From positions 1-54,856 of IMG/VR virus record IMGVR_UViG_3300042565_002302: a stretch of 54,856 nucleotides of DNA; one strand, written 5' to 3'. Position 1 is the first letter of the stretch; each line of letters begins with the position of its first letter. A program made the translations under genes and the position numbers. Source of the stretch: a virus. Lineage: Duplodnaviria; Caudoviricetes. The notes under the pieces were generated by a model. The model did not search any database. It was not told the DNA's origin and was given only the letters and a program-made list of their open reading frames with translations. Below are positions 41,415 through 50,441 of this stretch, one piece after another.

Positions 41415-43544
41415 TTATAAATTATTAACAACATTATTAGATGTAAATACACTACTCTCATCAATACCTCTTTTATATACATATTTCTGAGTTTGAAACT
41501 TTGTATTTACTATCTTTTCACCTACAAATGATATAGTTGTAGCAGGAACAAATTGTTTAACTACATTTGACCAATAATCACCAATACTATCCAAATACTT
41601 TAATATATGAACATATCTAAAACCTGTAGTACCTGTAGCATTTAAATATTCTTCATACACTTTATATAAAGTAGGATATTCTGATATACCTTTTCTATTT
41701 CTTACATTTATTAATCTAGAATAAACATCATCTAAGAAATGTTGTAACCCTTGCGGAGTGTCATTCAACCATTGAGTAAACCAAGTGTTACCTGATAATG
41801 TCACATAATAATAGTTATACACATCATTTTCAATCGGTTTACTTAATTTTAAATTCAAATCAATAAACTTATTATTCATTATTAACCTCTCATCATTTGT
41901 CTCATAATTAGCATAACTCTCATCGGTATATTCTGATCTAACAACATCTGTTACACCAGACACAAACCAAACTTTCTTATTGTCTATCTCTTGTGTTATT
42001 TCATACCCATAATTTAACCCAGGAAACTTTTCAAAGTATTGTTGGTATGTTGGCATTTGATAATAAAAAGTATCGGTATTATCCAATATAAAGGGATAAC
42101 CTTCAGTATCGACAGGTATTGTACTTGTGTCAATTATTGTACCTGTTTGTACTTCAGTTAAACTAATAACCGACTCTAACTCAGCAATATTAATCTTACC
42201 ATCGGCTAAATACACATATTCATTCATTTCATATAAACTTTCAGGCGCTCCAATATATTCTAAAATAAAAGTTAAAGCCTTTCTCGTCCCTTTTGATTTA
42301 AACAAATAAGCCGAATTTAGAAATAATCGTCTCCAAAATTCTATATCTAATTCATATGGGGTTTTATTTTTAGTATTAGTAAGAACTTGTGTTGTATTAG
42401 AACCAAACACATTTGTTAATAAATCATTAGATCCATATATCGTATCAGCTTTCCAACCGATAGTTTCCGCTAAGTTTTTTATTAAATTATCGGCAGCATT
42501 ATTTTTTTTATCATATGTAACAGTATTAGCAAAAGCCAAACCATCAATGTATTTTTTTATTTCATCAAAACTTCTACCGTAAACTTGTAACATTTTTTGT
42601 ATTTTTTGATCAGGTGTGTCAAAATCTATGATACTATCAGAAACATAAAATCTAGCAATTAAATTGGATTTAATTTCATCTATATCGTTACCAATATCTA
42701 CTAATGTAGTTATGTATTGTTCTAAATAATTTAAATTAATATTTGGATTATAACCATAAAAATAGGTTTCCCAAGTTATAGATGTGGTGTCATCCACCAA
42801 TGTATCATCTACATATCTACGATAATTAAATGTTGCCGTATATAATGGTGTCGAATCTCTATTTAATAAAAATTGTTGTATTTCATCAAATTGTTTAAAC
42901 GTATTTTCTCTCTCCAAATAGTTTGGTTTAATTAAAAAATTCGCTGTTGATGCTGAAAATATATTACCATTTACACTTATAGTTAAATAAGTATCATCTG
43001 TCGTTAAACCCACTAATGGGTTTTCTTGGTTATTATATTCTATTATAAACTTATCATAATATTTAATAAGATTTCTTAATGTTCCACCAGTAGCACTAGT
43101 ATCTAATAACCCATCACTAGTTAAAGTAATATTATATGGGTTATAAATAAAACCTATAGGTATTTGAAATTGTGTGATGTTTGTTGATGAATTATATGTT
43201 AAACTATATAATGCTTGGTTGTAATAAATACCTGCCGGAAAATCAGTAATAATACCATTTACAGCAGATCTTAATCTTTCAGCCAATGATCCATAATTAG
43301 CGTAATTTGTAATGTCCGAATAATTAAAGTTTATAAAAATATTTAGATTGGTGTTAAATCCGTTTGTTTGGTAGTTAAATACCGTAGGATACCCTGCCAT
43401 AGGTAAGATACCTTGTGATGTCTCTAAATTAGTTGTTATACTAAAATCACCAAAACTGAATAATGGAGTTCCTTTAGTTGATTGTAAACCAACTAACCTA
43501 TCCCCAAATACAGATGAACCATTTCTAAATTGTTTAGTTGCCAT
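41415..43544 (-). CDS. putative baseplate wedge protein
   Basis: LIKNLAETIGW and YLFKSKGTRKAL..IL motif typical of phage baseplate/tail-I proteins. Confidence 0.65.
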   Translation of the reverse strand: MATKQFRNGSSVFGDRLVGLQSTKGTPLFSFGDFSITTNLETSQGILPMAGYPTVFNYQTNGFNTNLNIFINFNYSDITNYANYGSLAERLRSAVNGIITDFPAGIYYNQALYSLTYNSSTNITQFQIPIGFIYNPYNITLTSDGLLDTSATGGTLRNLIKYYDKFIIEYNNQENPLVGLTTDDTYLTISVNGNIFSASTANFLIKPNYLERENTFKQFDEIQQFLLNRDSTPLYTATFNYRRYVDDTLVDDTTSITWETYFYGYNPNINLNYLEQYITTLVDIGNDIDEIKSNLIARFYVSDSIIDFDTPDQKIQKMLQVYGRSFDEIKKYIDGLAFANTVTYDKKNNAADNLIKNLAETIGWKADTIYGSNDLLTNVFGSNTTQVLTNTKNKTPYELDIEFWRRLFLNSAYLFKSKGTRKALTFILEYIGAPESLYEMNEYVYLADGKINIAELESVISLTEVQTGTIIDTSTIPVDTEGYPFILDNTDTFYYQMPTYQQYFEKFPGLNYGYEITQEIDNKKVWFVSGVTDVVRSEYTDESYANYETNDERLIMNNKFIDLNLKLSKPIENDVYNYYYVTLSGNTWFTQWLNDTPQGLQHFLDDVYSRLINVRNRKGISEYPTLYKVYEEYLNATGTTGFRYVHILKYLDSIGDYWSNVVKQFVPATTISFVGEKIVNTKFQTQKYVYKRGIDESSVFTSNNVVNNL

Positions 43545-44437
43545 TATCCTATTATATTAGCTCTACTATCATTAAAATCTATATTATCCCTTAATCTTCT
43601 AATCTCATAATTAGAATCGGTAAGAGTTACTTTTTGTTCATATAAATCGTATTGTTTATATATATTACCGTCAAAGTCGTATATTGTATATACACCATCA
43701 TCCACATTCTTTACTTGTTCACCATACAACATATATGCCAATGTTTCTACATCATATTCAACCAAATCAACTTCAATGTTTACCGGATTGAAAAATGAAT
43801 TAGTTAATTTAACCGTTTGGTTTGGTTGTCCAATAAAAGGAATTGCGTTAGGTCTAACACTTGGCGCTGCTGTTGGTGTTAAAGTACAGAATAATAAGTT
43901 ACCACTATCACTATATCTATATCTAATAGATTTTTGACTGCTATCTGTTAAGTTTTGACTTATTGGTTCACATAAAAATGAAGATGTAATTACTTTAAAA
44001 TAGTTTTGTAATAAACTACCATCTGAATTAATATATTCAACTTTATATCCAACTAAACCATTATTTATAAACTTATTTGTATATTCAGCCGGTGCTTGTG
44101 TAATATCAAATACCAAACCTTTAACATCAGGTGATGAACTTAATACACCGCAATCCAATATTCTAGTTCTTATTTCAGCAGGTCTAATATATATATTATA
44201 TATACCTTTTTGATTAAAATTTGCCGATGGTAATGTAAGATTATACATACCACCTAATATTTCATTAGTATTACCACCTGTATCTGCTGTATTAAAAACA
44301 GGGGCTATTATATCAATTGCATTTAACTTAGTAATTGTAGGCGCCCCAATAAAATCCCTTGTTGGGATATATATTGAAAACACTTCCATATCTGAAGGAC
44401 TCGCATTTGATGGTTTAACCGTTCCAAAAGTACTCAT
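43544..44437 (-). CDS. putative virion structural protein
   Basis: 297 aa, coupled in structural operon; TATTTATA at 44442. Confidence 0.6.
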   Translation of the reverse strand: MSTFGTVKPSNASPSDMEVFSIYIPTRDFIGAPTITKLNAIDIIAPVFNTADTGGNTNEILGGMYNLTLPSANFNQKGIYNIYIRPAEIRTRILDCGVLSSSPDVKGLVFDITQAPAEYTNKFINNGLVGYKVEYINSDGSLLQNYFKVITSSFLCEPISQNLTDSSQKSIRYRYSDSGNLLFCTLTPTAAPSVRPNAIPFIGQPNQTVKLTNSFFNPVNIEVDLVEYDVETLAYMLYGEQVKNVDDGVYTIYDFDGNIYKQYDLYEQKVTLTDSNYEIRRLRDNIDFNDSRANIIG

Positions 44438-44458
44438 ATCTTATAAATATTGATTTAA

Positions 44459-45649
44459 TTATTTTTCTTGTTCTTTTTTTACTTTAAAGAAATTATTATC
44501 ATACACACTTATATCATCAACCGTATTTATATCACAAAACTTAAATATCGGTTCAAATACATTATTATCACCCCTTAAAATAAAGGCGTAATTATTTATT
44601 TTAGGTTTTTCAACAATACCTACCAATATATCCCTTTTAGTTATAGCCGTAAAAGTTAAATCATTTACACCTAAGCCATTAGGTGTGTATTGATAAAATG
44701 TTGTTACACCAGTAGTTGCCGAATATTCATAAAAATATAAATCAGTATTACCTGATTGTTTAATAATATATAATACAGAACCATCAACCTGATTTGTTTT
44801 ACTTATAACCTGTTTACCTGCCGATACTGAACCAACATTTACAGTTTTTCCAGTTCCATATGTAATAAACTCAAATAAAGTACTTTCAGTTAAACCTTGT
44901 GTTGTTGTCCCTGTTACTTGTTTAGCGTAATAATCAATTGTATTAGGTAGTGTTGATGTTCCTAATGTGGTATAATTACTATCCACAGTATATGACGTAT
45001 TAAAAAGAGTTGTTTTATAAATATTTACACTACTACTACCTGAGATGTATAAATCATACCTAAAACCAGGATAAGTCCAATTTAAACCAATATTTGGACC
45101 CAAACCTGAAGATCCCCTATCATACCTCAATATTTCATTACGCTTTAAAAAGTTATTATTACTATCAAAAGCATCTAAATAAAAATTAAAATATCTACTA
45201 GTAAATGACGATGATGACCCTAAATTAATAGCGGTTAAATAATTACCAATATGAACAGTTTGACAAGTTTTTGTAAAACCAGCACTATTTCTGGCGGTTA
45301 AACATACTGTATATGCGGTAGGAACACTTGAATATAAAATTGGTGGATTTTCGGTAGATGCTGTTAGTACATTTTGCACATCCCAAAAGTAAGAAAATGT
45401 GGGTGCTGTAGATGTGTTTACAATACTAACCGCAGTTGTTCCACTTGGATACGCAACAAAGTTTATATCACCCAACAATTGTTTAATATCCCAAGCAACA
45501 TTATCATATACACCAATTTCTCTGGTATCTACATCTAACATAAAAGGTATTTGTATAATACCATTACTAATATTTAGTGTATTACCCCTAACCGGTAGTT
45601 GTAAACTACTAAATTGATTTGTACTTATTTTTATCTCTATCTTTTCCAT
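44459..45649 (-). CDS. putative virion protein with PKD-like Ig domain
   Basis: NTST...SYFWD...STENP...YTVCLTARNSAG PKD pattern. Confidence 0.65.
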   Translation of the reverse strand: MEKIEIKISTNQFSSLQLPVRGNTLNISNGIIQIPFMLDVDTREIGVYDNVAWDIKQLLGDINFVAYPSGTTAVSIVNTSTAPTFSYFWDVQNVLTASTENPPILYSSVPTAYTVCLTARNSAGFTKTCQTVHIGNYLTAINLGSSSSFTSRYFNFYLDAFDSNNNFLKRNEILRYDRGSSGLGPNIGLNWTYPGFRYDLYISGSSSVNIYKTTLFNTSYTVDSNYTTLGTSTLPNTIDYYAKQVTGTTTQGLTESTLFEFITYGTGKTVNVGSVSAGKQVISKTNQVDGSVLYIIKQSGNTDLYFYEYSATTGVTTFYQYTPNGLGVNDLTFTAITKRDILVGIVEKPKINNYAFILRGDNNVFEPIFKFCDINTVDDISVYDNNFFKVKKEQEK

Positions 45650-46794
45650 TATAAAGTGTTTGGTGGTGGGAAATTAGTTGATTCTTGATTTGTAACCCTT
45701 ATATCTGTTATAATTTTTTCATACATAGGTATTACCGTAGTCCCACTAACACTAGGGTTTATATCAAAAGATAAGGTGTTTGGGTTGTATAACCTAATAC
45801 CATATGTTTTTGTTGATGAATTAAGGTTTAATTTTATAAATGTGTAATTATCGGTAAATTGGGTTCTATAAAAAATTGTACCATCTTTATCTGGATTTAA
45901 TATATCACTTGTCGTAGATCCTGATTTTGTAATCATTTGAATGGATTTACCTGTTTTTGGATTATAAAAGGCAACTTGTAAATAAATTTCAGTTAAATCA
46001 GTACTTTTTGGTAAATAAATATTATTACCTAAAGTTTTATTATACCTATCCAAATTGATATTTGGTTTTCTTATTGAATCATAGGTAACACCTTTCGGTA
46101 TTGAATAAAAATTAGCAAAATTAGGGAATATACTTAACACAGATGAGTAATTTATAGCGTTGTACCCAACCAGGTTAAAATTTGTTTCTTGCGTTTCAGA
46201 TGTAAATATTAATTTATTATAATAAAACTGATCATACCCTGTCGTAGTTGATTTAGCGCTAATTAATATTCTATCTACTTGTTTTCTATTAGAAATATTA
46301 TTACTACTAAAATAAGTAAATATAAATTGAGCGTTACTGATGGCTTGATTTGTAATAGGTTGTAAATTAACCTCACGTATTGATTTAAAATTACCACCAC
46401 CAACATTTATAGTCCAACCATTACCATTATTAGTCCCAATAATTTGATTTTCCACAGGTGAAAGGTTAGTATTATCTCTGAGTGTATTCGCATAAGAATT
46501 AATAAAATACCCACTACCTGAATTAAAAACATTTTGTTTAAAGTAAGGATAAAAAGGATTGTTTTCACCAACACTTTCATCCCCACAACAAAAGAAATTA
46601 AATTGGTAATTTAAATCATTACCTTCGTATTGATATAAATCAACCTCAAAATCTACAACAGGGTTTATATTTCCCAAACCTTCACTTTCAACCCAACCCC
46701 TAATTAAATCCCCTTTATCGTCAGTAAAGTTTACTGTAAAGGGTATATTTAACGTTTTCGTTTGTTCAGTATTTCTTATCTCCATTTTTAACAA
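45649..46794 (-). CDS. putative virion structural protein
   Basis: 381 aa in structural operon. Confidence 0.6.
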   Translation of the reverse strand: MLKMEIRNTEQTKTLNIPFTVNFTDDKGDLIRGWVESEGLGNINPVVDFEVDLYQYEGNDLNYQFNFFCCGDESVGENNPFYPYFKQNVFNSGSGYFINSYANTLRDNTNLSPVENQIIGTNNGNGWTINVGGGNFKSIREVNLQPITNQAISNAQFIFTYFSSNNISNRKQVDRILISAKSTTTGYDQFYYNKLIFTSETQETNFNLVGYNAINYSSVLSIFPNFANFYSIPKGVTYDSIRKPNINLDRYNKTLGNNIYLPKSTDLTEIYLQVAFYNPKTGKSIQMITKSGSTTSDILNPDKDGTIFYRTQFTDNYTFIKLNLNSSTKTYGIRLYNPNTLSFDINPSVSGTTVIPMYEKIITDIRVTNQESTNFPPPNTL

Positions 46795-49700
46795 ATATCT
46801 ATATCATTTATTGATTGTAAAGTACCTAAACCACCACTACTAAAATTATAATTCGGGTTATAACTTAAACTTTTAATGTTACCGTTTGTCGGATTCCAAT
46901 ACCTACTTCTAAACGGTAAAATAATATCATTATATACGTAATGTCTACCATTTAAAAATGGGAAATTAGTGCCATTATCAGAATCATCAATTTCACCATT
47001 AGGTATTAATTCCCTCCACTCCCATAAATTGTTAACGTCATTGAATACAGCCCAACTTTCTTTATCTTCAATATTTGGACTACTATAAATTGTATTAGTG
47101 AAATATTTTAGTTTTATTGGGTGTAATAAATCAGTTTTAGTATACGTTGATGTAGTAGCACTAAATAAAGTTGAGCCGCTATAACCATATTTATCTTTTA
47201 ATTTAAATAAATAACTAGGTATTTGTAGTACATATGTACTCAACTCTCTTTCATTATATTCAACAATATCACCAAATATAGTATCACCAATATTAATATT
47301 GTCAGATATAGATATCTTAGTTTCATCAGTATCTAAATAGTAAACCACAAAATGTTCAAATAATAAATCACTTTTCTTAACCTTATAATCATTACCATAA
47401 TATTGTAATGTTTCCAACGGAACCGCACTATCTATCGGAGTGTTTGAAAATGTTGCATTGTCTATTGTCGCATATAATCCACCTTGTTCATAATTAACGA
47501 TGTTTGCTGTTATTAAACTATCAGTAGCCCCTGTTCTAAATAAAACTGAACTACCTATAGGAAAATTACTTAAATTGTTATCTATGTATATCATAGAATA
47601 ATTAGGTAATATATAGCTTTTAGCCACCTTAGAACCGAAAACATTAGATAATAAAGGTTTAACCCCCATAAAACTTATAATATTGTTAGGATAATTATTA
47701 CCAATAGGTTTTTTAGTATACTGACTAAATAATGAAAATAACCTATCTTTATCATAATTAAAATCATCACCTTTTCTATATATGATAGATTCAGTTAATG
47801 ACGATAAACCTAAAGATATTGTTTCAAAATCAGTAAACTGAATATGTTCACCAATATTTAAATCATCCAAACATTTAAAAACCGAAACATCGTCACTTAA
47901 AAAAATATCATTATTTGTTAAACTACCGTCACGGTAAGTATTTGTTAACCCAGACGTCATCAAACCTAAACCATACTGAGGTGTATTATGTAGCGATGTT
48001 CCGGTGATAAAAAAATTAACATTATTAACTAATAACTCATCAGATATAAACCCATTCCTACCCCCATAAAATTCATCATAAAAAGAATTCTTTTTTTTAG
48101 TTATAGTGTGATTAGTTGTAATTAATGTGTTTTTTTTCTTAAAAAAGAAAGATATTTCAGTTACAGGATTACCATTTTCATCTAATAAATTACTCAAATC
48201 AACTTCACCTTTATTAGTTAAAAAATAATTATTATTACCAAAACCATTTTTACTTAGAGGTGTGGTTAAAGTATAGTTATCACTATTTTCAATAACCTTA
48301 TATTTCCTAATATAGTATTGAGATAAACTACCAATATCTGTTGGATTTATAAACCTTTTGAATTGTATATATTGTCCAGTAAATCCACTTAATTTAACCG
48401 TAAATAATTTAGATGTATTACCGTTATTATTACTACCCACACTAACTATTGGAAACACACCAATATCTTTTATAGTTGTCCCTGACACTGTTTTTACCGA
48501 TATGTAATCACCCACAGATAAATTATGATTAAAATAGGAATTAAACACATTATTGGTAGATGCACTTATTTCAAATGACGTAAGTGTAGAATTGTATTTC
48601 GCAGGTATCCCATCACTAACTTTAAACGTATTAGTAATACCACTTTCTATAATATTTAAATTAATATTATTTTCCCTATCATAAGAATACATAGAATACA
48701 TATCCCAATTAACAATATTCTCATTAACATACTCTAAATGTTGTTTAGAAAGGACTACAGAATCATAATAATCATCATACGATAATAATTTTTGTGTTCT
48801 GTATTGATAGGGTTCTTTTTGAACTATTTTATAATTAACAATACCCTTAAAAGCATATGTGTTTGTGTAAGCAGATATAATTGTATTTGGTGTAAAAATG
48901 TATGGGTTATTTGACGATGGTGAAGATATAAAATTATTACTCCAACCATAATAATCCCTATAACTAACATTCGGAGTTAACAAACCATTACCTGATACAG
49001 TTGTTGCACTTAATTCATATGAATCCGGCCATATATTTAACCAACAATATTGCTGATAAGCCCTTATATTTAAACTATCACCTAAAGCCATTGTTTCAGG
49101 TAATCCCATAAAACCAGCAACAGAATCATAACCATAGCTCGTTTTTAAAAGCTCACTACTAGTCATAGTATTACCATTCTTAATTGTAACAAAAAAAGAA
49201 TATGTTTTATATTTAGGTATTTTTACTGACATAGACCCCCTAAATGTTGATAAATTAGTTCTTAACACATTTGATTGTGTGAAATTAGCTTCCGTTGTTC
49301 CTGATAAAAAAGCACCTATATTAATCCAACCTGTTGAAGCACTAACAATGATAGGATTACCTGGACTATTGGTGTAATTATCAACATCATATGAACCATC
49401 ACGTTTAATATCAGTCGGTAAATACCAATAATCAATTAACTCAACTAATCTTTCTGAACCTATTGTTGTTAAAGGTGATATATTATTAACGATTATATCA
49501 TCATATGGTGCAGTTATACTAAAAATTAAAGATTTGGCAGTGTATTGATTATTATTAGGATCATTATCCACAACATTTGTATTCCCAACCACTTTTATTG
49601 GATCATATAAAAAATCAATATTACTTAAATAACTGTCAAATGAATTCAACCCTTGTGCGTTACCATAAAATGAGTTAGCAAAGAGTTTTAAACCACTTAC

Positions 49701-50438
49701 AGTAATAACTCTATATTCTAAATTACTTCCGTTAGAACTAGATTCTTCAATCTCCATTTTTATTGTTTCACCAACATTCAATGTAACACCACTTGTAACT
49801 ATATTATTTGATGTCGGTAAAGTAGATAATGGACTAATGTTACCACTAAAAATTACTTGTGAGAAAACTGTTTCAGGTGTAGTTGCATCATTTTTTATAA
49901 AATTAATTTTTACTACAAAATCTTCGGCAGATGCACTAATATTCTTTAAATTAATCCTTGTTGTTGACCCAAAAGAATAAGTAGTTAACTCTTGAGCTGT
50001 ATAACGATAATTTAAAATATCATATCCACTCGGATTAGAATCTTTTACTATAGTATTAAACGGTATTACCTGATTAGTACTTAATCCAACAAATGCGGTA
50101 TTAGTGAAAATCCCAACATTAAAATTTCTATTATCATTAGGGTTATTTATTTCTTGTTTGTTTATATAATAATTAGTGTTAAACTCCTTATAATAGTCAT
50201 TTATAAATGGATTGTTTATACCATTACTATAATACATTCCACTAACCCTCAAATAAGTTCTAAATAAATTAGAATCACGCCTTTCAAATGTGAATTGTTC
50301 ATTTGAATTAATAGTGTAGTTATATAAACCCTCAATTGAATTTTTTTCTTTACTTTGAAGGTTTATTCTTAACTGGTTATCTCTATCCGGAGCCCCAATA
50401 TATTTTCTATTGGGTATTAATATTTTTTTATTTTCCAT
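46788..50438 (-). CDS. large putative tail/baseplate structural protein
   Basis: 1216 aa, N/S/T-rich; C-terminal WEWRELI...FPFLNGRHY. Confidence 0.65.
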   Translation of the reverse strand: MENKKILIPNRKYIGAPDRDNQLRINLQSKEKNSIEGLYNYTINSNEQFTFERRDSNLFRTYLRVSGMYYSNGINNPFINDYYKEFNTNYYINKQEINNPNDNRNFNVGIFTNTAFVGLSTNQVIPFNTIVKDSNPSGYDILNYRYTAQELTTYSFGSTTRINLKNISASAEDFVVKINFIKNDATTPETVFSQVIFSGNISPLSTLPTSNNIVTSGVTLNVGETIKMEIEESSSNGSNLEYRVITVSGLKLFANSFYGNAQGLNSFDSYLSNIDFLYDPIKVVGNTNVVDNDPNNNQYTAKSLIFSITAPYDDIIVNNISPLTTIGSERLVELIDYWYLPTDIKRDGSYDVDNYTNSPGNPIIVSASTGWINIGAFLSGTTEANFTQSNVLRTNLSTFRGSMSVKIPKYKTYSFFVTIKNGNTMTSSELLKTSYGYDSVAGFMGLPETMALGDSLNIRAYQQYCWLNIWPDSYELSATTVSGNGLLTPNVSYRDYYGWSNNFISSPSSNNPYIFTPNTIISAYTNTYAFKGIVNYKIVQKEPYQYRTQKLLSYDDYYDSVVLSKQHLEYVNENIVNWDMYSMYSYDRENNINLNIIESGITNTFKVSDGIPAKYNSTLTSFEISASTNNVFNSYFNHNLSVGDYISVKTVSGTTIKDIGVFPIVSVGSNNNGNTSKLFTVKLSGFTGQYIQFKRFINPTDIGSLSQYYIRKYKVIENSDNYTLTTPLSKNGFGNNNYFLTNKGEVDLSNLLDENGNPVTEISFFFKKKNTLITTNHTITKKKNSFYDEFYGGRNGFISDELLVNNVNFFITGTSLHNTPQYGLGLMTSGLTNTYRDGSLTNNDIFLSDDVSVFKCLDDLNIGEHIQFTDFETISLGLSSLTESIIYRKGDDFNYDKDRLFSLFSQYTKKPIGNNYPNNIISFMGVKPLLSNVFGSKVAKSYILPNYSMIYIDNNLSNFPIGSSVLFRTGATDSLITANIVNYEQGGLYATIDNATFSNTPIDSAVPLETLQYYGNDYKVKKSDLLFEHFVVYYLDTDETKISISDNINIGDTIFGDIVEYNERELSTYVLQIPSYLFKLKDKYGYSGSTLFSATTSTYTKTDLLHPIKLKYFTNTIYSSPNIEDKESWAVFNDVNNLWEWRELIPNGEIDDSDNGTNFPFLNGRHYVYNDIILPFRSRYWNPTNGNIKSLSYNPNYNFSSGGLGTLQSINDIDIC

Positions 50439-50441
50439 TTA

